From IMG/VR virus record IMGVR_UViG_3300042554_002914: a DNA stretch of 64,000 nt, one strand, 5' to 3'. Every line of letters starts with the position of its first letter. Within the stretch, counting starts at the first letter, position 1. Shown here in pieces: positions 48,193 to 58,213 of the stretch. The stretch comes from a virus (lineage: Duplodnaviria > Heunggongvirae > Uroviricota > Caudoviricetes). The position numbers and the translations under genes are program-made. Under the pieces are notes generated by a model. That model made no database searches and was not told where the DNA came from. It was given only the letters and a program-made list of their open reading frames with translations.

Positions 48193-48882
48193 TCACCCCC
48201 CTAAGTGTTTCTGCCATTTGTCCCATACCAACCAGTCCCCGTAGCTTCCTTCAAAGTCCAACGGATAGGGTTTCAGCAAACTGAATCGTGCGGCCTTTTC
48301 TAGGGCGTCAAGAGCTTTGTCCTTATTTAGGGAGACGGTTATACCCCAATCTGGGGCTGCAACTTCCCCCTGAATGAATTTTGCCCTCTTGTATCTACCC
48401 TCGTGAACCACTCCCCAACATCTTCCGGAGCCTTTATGCACTCTTGCGTGAGAAATCCACTTATGCCCCTGAAGATTAACCACCCGTCTGGCATCTGCAG
48501 GGACAACCAGTTCGATTAAACCAGAATCAGCTATTGCGTATGCCTGAAATTCACCCCGGTCCGGAAGACCCTCGGCGTGAGGCATTATGGCGCCCTCAAA
48601 AGAAGATTTGTGCAGGTATGACCCGAAATCACAACCCTCAAACAAAGCATCTTTGAGAATGGCCCCATTAAAGTTGCAACAGCGAACGAGGGAATCTCGA
48701 AAGTCAGCACCAGTCAAGTCGGTATGGCTGAAATTAACATTCCAGAGTTCAGACCTGTAGAAAGTGCTATAGGACAAGTCGGAGCCAGAAAAACTCTTGA
48801 AAGTTAAATGTTTCCTAGAGAAATTGGATTCCCGTATGTTATTAGTGAAAGTTTTCATTAAAAAGAGTCCATATCTATACAA
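48193..48882 (-). CDS. pentapeptide-repeat protein with a C-terminal non-repeat domain
   Basis: The N-terminal half has A(D/N)LxX-type repeats (DLTGADFRDSLV, and similar). Confidence 0.6.
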   Translation of the reverse strand: MYRYGLFLMKTFTNNIRESNFSRKHLTFKSFSGSDLSYSTFYRSELWNVNFSHTDLTGADFRDSLVRCCNFNGAILKDALFEGCDFGSYLHKSSFEGAIMPHAEGLPDRGEFQAYAIADSGLIELVVPADARRVVNLQGHKWISHARVHKGSGRCWGVVHEGRYKRAKFIQGEVAAPDWGITVSLNKDKALDALEKAARFSLLKPYPLDFEGSYGDWLVWDKWQKHLGG

Positions 48883-49063
48883 TCGCTTAAAATCAGTTCC
48901 TCAGGCAACAACCCTTTGGCCACAACTTCCTGATGGTCTATGCAACGATCAAATACCAAGGGCCTTGCCTTGTAACAATCCCATAACAACAGATTCCGAA
49001 ACCATCCACCCGGTCGCATGTCTAGTTTGGTTGCGATTTCAGGCGTTATTTTGCGGGTTGGTA

Positions 49064-49444
49064 TCACAATGACCGGTTCAAGAATTTCCTCAGTAAGTTA
49101 ACCCACATATTGTCATTAGGGTCATTAAAGTCAAAGTCAATCTCAACATAACCTAATTTACTACTGGGTACTATAGCGTGTAACCATCCTGTTTTTTCTG
49201 GGGAAATGTCCAAACCGGGTTGAAGCCCCAGTAGAAACCATTCCAGGACTAATCCGCCCTCAAACTCTGGGAATAAGGTCGGGTAATCCAGCCCAAGGAA
49301 ATTTTCTTTGTAAAAGTCAAAGAACCAACATTCAAACCAATCTAGCAACTCGACTGTGGGGGCTTTCCCCTCACCGTCCAACCACCCATCTTGCAATGAG
49401 CGGACCCTAAGTAGGTTGGCTTTGAATTTGCTTTCGGTTTGCAT
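49064..49444 (-). CDS. hypothetical protein
   Basis: 126-aa minus-strand ORF. Confidence 0.4.
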   Translation of the reverse strand: MQTESKFKANLLRVRSLQDGWLDGEGKAPTVELLDWFECWFFDFYKENFLGLDYPTLFPEFEGGLVLEWFLLGLQPGLDISPEKTGWLHAIVPSSKLGYVEIDFDFNDPNDNMWVNLLRKFLNRSL

Positions 49445-50148
49445 TTTGGTTTGTGGTTGGCTTGTGGTTGGCTTGTGGTTGGCTGGTTAATACAACTCAA
49501 AAGTTTAAGGAGATGGCGCCAGAGTCACTTGTCAAGAAAGGCAGCCAAAACCAGGAGCAAGGCAATGAAAGAGATACCAATTAGAACAGAAATCCACAGA
49601 GGAGAAAGCACCCAAATCCAGGGCCAAGTGATGTGACCGGTAAGTTTGAGACCAATAAACAAAACAGTAAGCAAACCATAGAATCCAATCCCTGAAGAAG
49701 ATGATGAGGACATTTGTGTGCGGCGGCGAGATTGTAGTGATATTTTGATTGGGTGTAGGGTAGCTGAGGGGGTATGGACTCACACCTAGTATAGGAGACC
49801 CTAGGCAAGTGACTAGTGGTGAAAACCGAACATGCCACCCTGGCCAAACTCCCCCTAGCCACTTCTATCTGGGATGAACAAGGTTCGTCAAATCCGCAGG
49901 CAGTAGTTCTATCATATAGATTGAATCCCGGAGGATAAATGGATTCAGCACAATTGCATTACCCTTTTCATCTTGTAAGGTATAGGAGTTACCTCCCTTA
50001 TGGCATCCATCCCCTAACTCTTCCAGCTCTGTGGTTAAGACTTCGTACCTCTCCCTGGAATAAGGCTCGTGTCTTGTTGCGATGATTCCGAAATCTTTTG
50101 TAATAATTTTTACTCTCATTTTGCTTGTGGGTGTGGATTCAGTTGTTG

Positions 50149-50994
50149 TCAATCTTCGTCGTTATCGCTGCCATCGGTATCGTACCAGCTATCGTCCCCA
50201 TCGGTATCATCCTCGATGTCATCATCCCCATCGGCATCATCATCACCACCGGTACCGTACCAGCCATTGCCGCCATCGGTATCTTCCTCGATATCGTCAT
50301 CATCACTACCGGCACCATCCCCATCAGTATCCCTAAGTCTCAAAACTCTGGCTGATCTATAATTGAAGGTCTTGTTTGGGTCCCCACCTAATTTTTTCAT
50401 CCTGTTATATTGAGCTTCAATCTCTCCAAACTCTACCATTTTAGCCAACAAGTATAACCTCTCACATGAGGAAATAAAAGTAGTGGCCGACCCGCAGAGA
50501 TAAGTCAAACGGGCTTCTTCCATAATTTTTTCTTTATCATCGGGGTTATCATCGAGCCAAACAAGCATCTTTTTATACGCGTCTTTGCTATTCTTGTGCC
50601 AGATCTTGCTAGATGTTTTTTCTTTCCCTTTCCAAGACGGTGATGGAACTTCTAGCCAATCTGGATATTCCCCTATGAAGCGACTTCGGACGATTCTGGT
50701 GATACTTTGAGTGTGCCTGGCCCCGGAAATTACCCTAATCTCTTCAATCAGGTCCTTGGCATCTTGAAATTCTTTGAATAGCTTTTTAAGACTCCTCATT
50801 GCATTAGGGTAGTTATCACTCCCCATTGCTTCGGTGAAGGCATCAAGCTTTTCTTTGTACCGGGCAAGGAGTTTAAATCTGGATTGTATTACCCTGATAG
50901 CATTAATTAGAAGCTTAGTGTCGGTTAGCTTCATTAGTTCGTCTTGAACTTCAAGGAGATAAGTCCTTGAGTATTTCATATTTTGTATCGTCAT
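50149..50994 (-). CDS. hypothetical protein with a poly-acidic (Asp-rich) C-terminal tail
   Basis: 281-aa ORF. The final roughly 60 aa are D/G/E-rich, and the plus-strand overlapping ORFs there are mirror-image His/Arg-rich artefacts. Confidence 0.45.
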   Translation of the reverse strand: MTIQNMKYSRTYLLEVQDELMKLTDTKLLINAIRVIQSRFKLLARYKEKLDAFTEAMGSDNYPNAMRSLKKLFKEFQDAKDLIEEIRVISGARHTQSITRIVRSRFIGEYPDWLEVPSPSWKGKEKTSSKIWHKNSKDAYKKMLVWLDDNPDDKEKIMEEARLTYLCGSATTFISSCERLYLLAKMVEFGEIEAQYNRMKKLGGDPNKTFNYRSARVLRLRDTDGDGAGSDDDDIEEDTDGGNGWYGTGGDDDADGDDDIEDDTDGDDSWYDTDGSDNDED

Positions 50995-51677
50995 TTTGTT
51001 TCGTAGTAGTTTTGGTTTAAGGGGATTTTACTGCTTAGATTTTACCCCTTGCTATTGGGTTAATTGCTGTTGGGACGAATAGGATACAGGCTGACCCTTA
51101 CTTGAGTTTGGTGTTCGTCATTTGACCAGATAGTCCAATCAGCGTATCCAACCCGGTAAGACTTGCCATCCAGAGTTAGGAAGCTTTCTCTTGCGGGAAT
51201 TGCGGGGAGTTCTAGCTGGCGGTGATCAATATAAGAATCGTTATCGTCAGCGTTTGTGAATTGAATTGGAATCATTATGCAATAAAGATTAGAAAGGCCA
51301 TTGGGTCTGCATTAATTGAAAAAGAAGCATGGAATTTACCAACTATGTTCAAATCGAATTTTATGAACACCTTGGGGAATCTCCGAAAGGATGATCTCAT
51401 AGCCTTCGGAACCAGGGCAAGGGACAACTTCATGGACCGGGATTTTTACTTCCAGGGTACTATCTGGGTCGATATACTCGGGTTTGATGCCGCCGAAATA
51501 GTCCGAAGTTTCTTCCGGCAAGGACACCCCAACTTCTTGACAAACTCGTAGAACTTTGAGATGTTTTTGATGCTCTGCATCGTCAGGGGAACGGTAGCCT
51601 TTGACGTAGGTTGACATTGACATTTTGTGGTCGGGTTATTGTCGTGGTAGTGAGCAGAGTTTAAAGGTTTCGGAAAT

Positions 51678-51983
51678 TCAGCGGGGAACGTGTTCCCTCT
51701 TATCAAGTTCTGCCTTGAGGTTGTCTCTTAAGAATATGAGGTCCCTAACCTGTGAAGCTCGGTACAGGGGGTTAGGCTGGTAAATTCCTAGTTCATTCAA
51801 TACTTGCTTGGGTATTACCGCAGTTTCAGGATAACCCTCCAGGTCCTTTTTGTGGACTTCATAGGCATTCCAATCCCAATCATGCAGCACGCTGAGCTGG
51901 CCACTAACCATTCGAAATACCTTAAGCAGCCTGGGTGTAGGTAGCTTCAAGAGGTAGTCTAGATTGTTGTTGTTTGGGTTCAT
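51678..51983 (-). CDS. hypothetical protein (paralog of 55946..56176)
   Basis: The N-terminus (MNPNNNNLDYLLKLPTPRLL) matches the paralog (MDPNRNSLETILKLPTHRLL). Confidence 0.35.
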   Translation of the reverse strand: MNPNNNNLDYLLKLPTPRLLKVFRMVSGQLSVLHDWDWNAYEVHKKDLEGYPETAVIPKQVLNELGIYQPNPLYRASQVRDLIFLRDNLKAELDKREHVPR

Positions 51984-52049
51984 AGTTTCGTTGGGCGCAC
52001 GGGTTAGAAAATCCGGGCATCAACCCGAAGTCACCAATCCAGGGCCATC

Positions 52050-53219
52050 CTACCGGATCCCAAGCAGTTTGTCAAGTTGTTGGGGCCGTAGGTCTGCTAG
52101 CCACTGCCGGAAGGTAGGGTACCTACCGGAGCGTATTGCGAAACAGGCTGCCGATACCGAGGGGGCATCTTTGAGAATTGCAATGGCGAATTCCTTTTGC
52201 GTTAAGGCTCCATACTTATGAAGCATCATCTCACATAAAGATTGCATCGCAGGGATAGCAGAGTCCAGATGAATCGAAAACTTATCTCTATATTCAGGGA
52301 AGTGCAATAGGAACTCTTCCAAGTCGTCATTAAGGAACAATTCCGAAAAGTCAGGCTCGCCATTATTCCATGCCCGGTGTAGTTGGCAGTATAACCTAGA
52401 CTTAATCTTAACCCTTCCAACCCCATCAAACAATACATAACCTTCATGATTTGAATCTCGCTTTTCAACTTTGGTAAGTACAGAGTCAAGGTCACTGAAT
52501 TCGTAAGATGGGGCCACCACATAGCCATACCACCCAAACTCTTCCAGATCACACTCTTCGAAGTCCTGATCTCGGTCTCGTACTGCTAGTAAGGGAAGTT
52601 TGGGCGCATCGTAGTTAATAACATCTTTATTATCTAGGTGACATAACTCAAAGATGTAGCAAATTGACGGGTCTAGGCATTCCTTTAAGTACCCTACTTT
52701 TTCGAATACATCCCAGAATAATTCATCAAAGGTTTTTTTAGTTTTTCCTACTAGGCCATCCCCTGCTACTGAACCAGAAGTTGAAACGAGCCATTGCCCC
52801 CTATACTCAAACAATTTAATTAAGGAGCCGGAAAATTTCTCATAAACCTTGGTGCGAGACCAATCTAGTTCGTGACAGTAACCTTCCCCAACGTTGAAAA
52901 ATCTATCGAACGCATATGCAACCAAGCGATAGTACGGCGAGTGGTCACCATCGTTATCAACACGCTCGACCACAGCACCACGGCAGGCACAAACCAGCGG
53001 ATTTGATTTGGATGCTAAAATCGTCCCATATTTCAAATTAAAAAGGTTCGGATACCTTTCATCGCGAGTAACACGAATGTCATACTCAGCTAGGGCGTCT
53101 AGGGCATTGTAACCCCTCTCGTTAAGCCAGTCAATCAAGTAGTGGCGCAAGTTTTCCATGGTTGTAGTATAGGTGGTTTTTACTGGCAGGGTAAGGCGGT
53201 TTACCGAACTCATTTCCAA
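52050..53219 (-). CDS. T4 Rnl1-family RNA ligase (tRNA-repair ligase) with a variant motif I
   Basis: CRGAVVE aligns with T4 ECRGIMFE. FDRFFNVGE aligns with MEKFFNLNE. EGYVLFDGVGRVKIKSRLYCQLH aligns with T4 [24 protein letters not shown]. Motif I reads EKFSGSL instead of KEDGSL. Confidence 0.7.
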   Translation of the reverse strand: MEMSSVNRLTLPVKTTYTTTMENLRHYLIDWLNERGYNALDALAEYDIRVTRDERYPNLFNLKYGTILASKSNPLVCACRGAVVERVDNDGDHSPYYRLVAYAFDRFFNVGEGYCHELDWSRTKVYEKFSGSLIKLFEYRGQWLVSTSGSVAGDGLVGKTKKTFDELFWDVFEKVGYLKECLDPSICYIFELCHLDNKDVINYDAPKLPLLAVRDRDQDFEECDLEEFGWYGYVVAPSYEFSDLDSVLTKVEKRDSNHEGYVLFDGVGRVKIKSRLYCQLHRAWNNGEPDFSELFLNDDLEEFLLHFPEYRDKFSIHLDSAIPAMQSLCEMMLHKYGALTQKEFAIAILKDAPSVSAACFAIRSGRYPTFRQWLADLRPQQLDKLLGIR

Positions 53220-53280
53220 GAAATGGTTGTTTTACAATCATAATCATCAACTTTTACTTCAAAACCTTTATTTCGTGCGT

Positions 53281-53676
53281 TCATTGTGCCACCTCATTTT
53301 CTTGATTCCATTTCCACTGATAATACTTATCCAGGGCAATTTTCTCTGCGTGTTCTTTGTCCCGTGCCCAACAGTATACTTCAAAGCAAGAATACACAAC
53401 ATTATCATAATACTTTTCATTTGGTTCAGAATAAACACCAAGGGAAATTTGTTGAGCCGTGTAATTAATGGCATTAGTTTTTGCGTTGATATTCACACGC
53501 CATGCAAAATGACCCGGGGGGTGCTCGGGAATTTCTAGTGCGTCCAACTCATATTCTTCAATATCTGAATTTGGGCAGTGCTTTTGCGCTTCTTCTGCCA
53601 GTTCACGAGTTGAATATGTTGCAATAATGTGGTAATCTGAATATTCTCCTTCAGTTAGAATGTAGATGGTTTTCAT
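53281..53676 (-). CDS. hypothetical protein (paralog of 47757..48122)
   Basis: A C-terminal motif is shared with the paralog. Confidence 0.45.
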   Translation of the reverse strand: MKTIYILTEGEYSDYHIIATYSTRELAEEAQKHCPNSDIEEYELDALEIPEHPPGHFAWRVNINAKTNAINYTAQQISLGVYSEPNEKYYDNVVYSCFEVYCWARDKEHAEKIALDKYYQWKWNQENEVAQ

Positions 53677-54176
53677 TTTGTTATAGGTTGATTGAGTGAG
53701 GGGTGAATTGAATAGCTATCGTAACACAAATTGCCCTACCCACGTAGAACAGTGTGCCAGTTGGCCAAGTGTCCACACATGGGTTAGTCTTGTGGCTGTT
53801 TTGCCATGTTCAGTTGTGCAATATGAAGAAGTTTTTCCTTCCTTGCTTTTTGCTTTAGGTAGATAACAAAAGAAATATTCATTTTGCCACCTTCACATTT
53901 TTTGCAAGGGCGATGAGTTTGGTTATACCAATCTGCGTACTCTTGTTTTGCAACATCGGTATCATAAGCGACACCGCGATAGACTGCTTTAGACATTTTT
54001 TTCCTCTATGGTGAAATCATGAGTCCCGTTCCTTCGGAAGGCGATTGCGTTTCTCGTCGTCCTACTTGCGTCCACTGTGTGTTAATAGCGGATGAACGAT
54101 GGTAGTTTAGGTCTCTGATATCTTGTATAGCTTATAATACCCATCTATTTAGAAATCAGGTTCACTCAATACCCCG

Positions 54177-54590
54177 TTATCCAAACTCCTTCTTAAGTTC
54201 CTCATAAGCCATCCTGCGACTCTCTTTCCACTCATTTTCTTTGTCGATGCGGGCGTTATATTCGGAGTCAGTTTCTGGGCGGGTTTTAGTTACTTGGACG
54301 TAGAAAATATCGCCTTCATAGACTTCTGCCCTTCTCAACTCAATTCTTTCCCACCCTTCTGATTGAAGGTTCCGGAGATGTTCGATAAAAACGGAAATGT
54401 CATGGGAGTCATATTCCCCCATAACGGTTCTAAAGTCATTAACTTGTTTACGGTCAGTCATTTTTTTATTTGGGGTGTTAAGTGAAACTACGATACTTCG
54501 GCAGATGTCTAGGATTTGACTTCGGGAGGTAGGCACAGTTAGGAAAACACAGTTAGGAAAACTTTGTATGCAAGCCGGTACTTGCACCAC
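54177..54590 (-). CDS. hypothetical protein
   Basis: 137-aa minus-strand ORF. Confidence 0.35.
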   Translation of the reverse strand: MVQVPACIQSFPNCVFLTVPTSRSQILDICRSIVVSLNTPNKKMTDRKQVNDFRTVMGEYDSHDISVFIEHLRNLQSEGWERIELRRAEVYEGDIFYVQVTKTRPETDSEYNARIDKENEWKESRRMAYEELKKEFG

Positions 54591-54885
54591 AATTTATGAT
54601 AACTAGCTGCCAACCATTTTGGCTGTTTAGGGTGGGGCTTTAGGTACCAGTTTGCATACCCGATTTGAATAGCCATTTGCCCCCTATTGACAGACAACCC
54701 AGTTAGCTTCTCAGCTTCTTTCACTGCTGTTTCTATGCTGTCAGAAATTATTTCACAGTGAATCGGGCAAGGGGTAGAAGTCCATGGTTCCCACTTATAG
54801 GGGCCAGGTTCAACGAACACATAACAATCTTTCAGTTTCATGGTTTCCAAGGAAGAGTCGTTCATAAACTAAGGGTACCGTCTCT

Positions 54886-55185
54886 TCAAGGGTCAGTCAG
54901 ACCCAATGCCTCTTTCTCTTCTTTTGAGAGTTTCTTGAGGGCGGCCTGCCGGACTTTTTCCTTGTCGGATTCCAGCTCAACTATGTCGTAATCGATTACG
55001 TTAACCGGTATGATGTCCCAGTCTCCGTACTGATTCAAAGACCATTTGCCCCTTCGCCCCATGACTCCAGGTTGCTCGTCGATGTACCTCTCAGCATGTT
55101 GCCTGTGAAGGAAAGCGAGATCTGGAACCATTGGTCCCCTACCCTCTGTTTCATCAGCGTTGCGATAAGTTTGCCAGATTTGCAT
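54886..55185 (-). CDS. hypothetical protein (paralog of 56542..56856)
   Basis: MQIWQTYRNADETEGRGPM..HAERYIDEQPG is shared with the paralog. Confidence 0.4.
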   Translation of the reverse strand: MQIWQTYRNADETEGRGPMVPDLAFLHRQHAERYIDEQPGVMGRRGKWSLNQYGDWDIIPVNVIDYDIVELESDKEKVRQAALKKLSKEEKEALGLTDP

Positions 55186-55215
55186 TGATTTGTGCGGTAG
55201 GGTGTTTATGTAATA

Positions 55216-55281
55216 ATCATACTGTGTCTGCGTGGCAGAAACAAGCCGGGGAACCGAGCCGGGTAGGGCGGTTTACCGCCC
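55216..55281 (-). promoter_or_regulatory. class-III cassette (TTGTTT-N17-TATGAT plus GGGCGGTTTACCGCCC palindrome)
   Basis: -10 is at 55216-55221 and -35 at 55239-55244. The palindrome is at 55266-55281. Confidence 0.55.
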
Positions 55282-55945
55282 CTCAGTCAAAGTGTATCTT
55301 GGCCACCCTTGGCTTGGACGCAACAATGTAGTAATCAGGGACGTGATCGGTTGGATTAGCCTTGTTGACTTCTATGAATCTAGCCTGGGCTTCTTCAAAG
55401 GTAGTGTAATACTCATTCCAGTTTTCACTACCCCATCCACGTTCAGACTCACGGACTTCAACAAGCCAAAGTTCGCCGATTGTGCTCAGGATTTGTTCTT
55501 CTGTGATTCGTGCCATTTTGCTGTGGGGTAGTAATGCGAATGGGTCAATTGCGGGGCAGATGCTCACGACGAGCCAGTTGATTTCAAGAATATGTCGAAT
55601 CTGGAAGTTTGTCTACAACATTTAATCACCCTCAAAAACGAATGGAACCACTGGCATTTCATAATTCCAATTGAACTTTTCTACAAGTTTGGTCATCAAA
55701 TACTCAGCATCTAAAGTTTTTTTACTGAAAGTAACACCACAAGAGGTAATTTTATACTCAATTACGTCTTTATCTCTCTCCAAAAGACTGCAAAAAGATA
55801 TTAAATCGTCCATACTTGTGCATACCACTTGGGGTGGTGCATCATAACAAACTACACCAACTCGGTATTCGACTGTAAAAACTTTAAATGTCATTGCTGC
55901 TATGATTGTTTACGATCAGTTATTCGTTTTTATTGAAAGAGAAGG

Positions 55946-56176
55946 TCAATTTCGGATAAGGTGCTCACGCCGAGCCAGTTCCTCCCTCATTGGGTCTAAT
56001 CTTTTTTCTACTTCTTGCCTGTGTGCGCGAATATTCACACATTTCGAACAATCACAAGACCACACCCAATCTTCCACGTAGAAGTGGTTTTGGCTTCTTT
56101 CGGACCTGTATGCCGCAAGTAGGCGGTGTGTCGGCAGCTTGAGGATGGTTTCGAGTGAGTTACGGTTGGGGTCCAT
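55946..56176 (-). CDS. hypothetical protein (paralog of 51678..51983)
   Basis: The N-terminus is shared with the paralog. Confidence 0.35.
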   Translation of the reverse strand: MDPNRNSLETILKLPTHRLLAAYRSERSQNHFYVEDWVWSCDCSKCVNIRAHRQEVEKRLDPMREELARREHLIRN

Positions 56177-56541
56177 GCTAGATTTGTAGTTGCTTAGCTA
56201 GTATAGCACCTTTCGTGGTGGAGGCAAGGGTAGAAAACCGCCCTGTAAAAGTCACGGGAACTACCGGTAAACTACTGGTAAACTACTGGTAAACTACCAG
56301 AAAGGCAACCGGAAAAGTCTCTCGAAAACTTGACGTATTAAGGGAGATGGCCCTGTGCGAACCATTCGGGACGAAAAAGCCTTAAGGGGCCTCCAGGAAA
56401 ACAGTGTAAGGCACCCTGACGAAAAAGCTTCATCGGTATAAGTCAATTGGGATAGATCGTCCCGGATTAGCATAACCCAACTTGCCTCATTCTCGTTTTC
56501 TACCCGGATGTTGCGTCCAAGATTCCACCAACTTTGGATTG

Positions 56542-56856
56542 TCATTGTCTCAGTTGTTCCTCAATCACATCATAATCTACAACCTCTATCCGCCTAATCC
56601 CCCGGTCTCCATATTTCCCCCGGGACCATAAAGTTTGTCTGCCTATAATATTGATGTCGCAGTCTTTGTATTCCTCCCGCATGACTACCCAATCCCCATG
56701 CCTTAATTGGGACCACTTCTCTCTACGCCCCATGATGCCCGGTTGTTCGTCAATGAACCGTTCGGCATGTTCTTTGTGGAGGAAGGCTAGATCAGGTTCC
56801 ATTGGCCCCCTGCCCTCGGTTTGATCAGCGTTGCGATAAGTTTGGTAGATTTGCAT
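56542..56856 (-). CDS. hypothetical protein (paralog of 54886..55185)
   Basis: MQIYQTYRNADQTEGRGPM is shared with the paralog. Confidence 0.4.
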   Translation of the reverse strand: MQIYQTYRNADQTEGRGPMEPDLAFLHKEHAERFIDEQPGIMGRREKWSQLRHGDWVVMREEYKDCDINIIGRQTLWSRGKYGDRGIRRIEVVDYDVIEEQLRQ

Positions 56857-56886
56857 TGGTTTGTGCGTTGTGGTGTTTACGAAATG

Positions 56887-56951
56887 ATTATACCGCTTTT
56901 GCCTCTCACAAACAAGGGTCTAAACCGAAGGTTTAGGTTCGGTTATCCGCC
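56887..56951 (-). promoter_or_regulatory. class-III cassette (TTGTTT-N17-TATAAT plus CTAAACC/GGTTTAG hairpin)
   Basis: -10 is at 56887-56892 and -35 at 56910-56915. The hairpin is at 56920-56936. Confidence 0.55.
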
Positions 56952-57605
56952 CTCACCGCAAATAGCTTCTTGAACTTCTGCAGGAAACATAGCGATTCTT
57001 TGTTGGTTAATTTCATTAAAGTCATATCCAGCAACTTTCGTATCCCCGTAATGGAGCAACCAAAGGAAAGGTTGTTCGATCCATTTTTTCATGAAAATCC
57101 CCGTATCCCTGTAGTTGTCAAGGCGGTGTTTAAACCCCTCCCGCGCATCAAAGTCTCCACACCAGACGTATTTACCGTTCGGCCCTTCAACTGCAGTACC
57201 ACTAAAGCCACCCCTATATGAATTGTCACTAGCTGGCAAATAGTTAAAGAATGCTTTGGCACCATTTAGAGATCCTCTAAAAGAATCATAAACCACCAAA
57301 ATACCATCCTTCCAGTCAATAAACCATTCGTCTTCACTATTTGGAATGAATCCACTGGCAACCGATTTGAACCCCATACTATCCATTAAAACAACAAATT
57401 CAGCAAACTCCATCCCGTAATAAGAGTCTTTGTTGGTCTTCAGTAGTTCTTTTTTCTTTTGATTGTTGTCAACTGCCAAAAGAAGTCCAATACTGGAAGT
57501 TGCTTTATCATGTTTGTAGCTGCGGCCTGTCATGATTTCAGCTTCTTGCAAGGGGTCAAATCCTAGAAGCTCGTCCAGGTTGTCGTTGGGGAACTGTTGG
57601 GTCAT
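56943..57605 (-). CDS. hypothetical protein
   Basis: 220-aa minus-strand ORF. Confidence 0.4.
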   Translation of the reverse strand: MTQQFPNDNLDELLGFDPLQEAEIMTGRSYKHDKATSSIGLLLAVDNNQKKKELLKTNKDSYYGMEFAEFVVLMDSMGFKSVASGFIPNSEDEWFIDWKDGILVVYDSFRGSLNGAKAFFNYLPASDNSYRGGFSGTAVEGPNGKYVWCGDFDAREGFKHRLDNYRDTGIFMKKWIEQPFLWLLHYGDTKVAGYDFNEINQQRIAMFPAEVQEAICGEGG

Positions 57606-57656
57606 TGACTTTTGGGGTACGGGTTTGTAAAAAAGGGGGGGGGGTCAAATCCAAGG

Positions 57657-58208
57657 TCATCCTACACTGACTGTCTCCTGGGGGCTATGGCGGTTAACCG
57701 CCCCCCAGATAGCTGCATTCCTAGCTGCGGATAACGCAACAGGGTTACGCGAACTATTTCCACTACCATTGAACCACTTGCAACACTCAAGGTGAAAGTC
57801 CGGCTGATCCAGTGGAGAAGCCCCAATGTAGCCCCCAGATGAACGCCACTCAGGTTGGTTTCCGCAAAAGGGGCAATTCGTATTTTTCACACCTACGATT
57901 TCAAGTATCTTCCCGTTGAGGTGGGAAATGCCAACCGGAATTTCGGCCCATTCTATCAAACCTTCTGGTAAGAGCAGGCTGTATCCGTCCCAGTAGTCGA
58001 ATTCAGGAGAAATTACGTCTCTGTAACCAGCCCATCGAGCCCGTTGTTCCGATGTGAAGATTAATGTAAAGGATTTACTTTTGTGAAGCATTCTCCAAAT
58101 GTATCGGCCTTCGGGCGGTTTGCTTTTGGAGTAATCATGAAAGACCAACCCCTCAAGACCAGGTAGGTCAGACTTAGATTCAGGCATGGGGTGAGGGGTG
58201 TCGTTCAT
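57657..58208 (-). CDS. hypothetical protein (leaderless start)
   Basis: 183-aa ORF. The ATG lies about 6 nt after a TATAGT -10 box. Confidence 0.4.
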   Translation of the reverse strand: MNDTPHPMPESKSDLPGLEGLVFHDYSKSKPPEGRYIWRMLHKSKSFTLIFTSEQRARWAGYRDVISPEFDYWDGYSLLLPEGLIEWAEIPVGISHLNGKILEIVGVKNTNCPFCGNQPEWRSSGGYIGASPLDQPDFHLECCKWFNGSGNSSRNPVALSAARNAAIWGAVNRHSPQETVSVG

Positions 58209-58213
58209 ACCTA

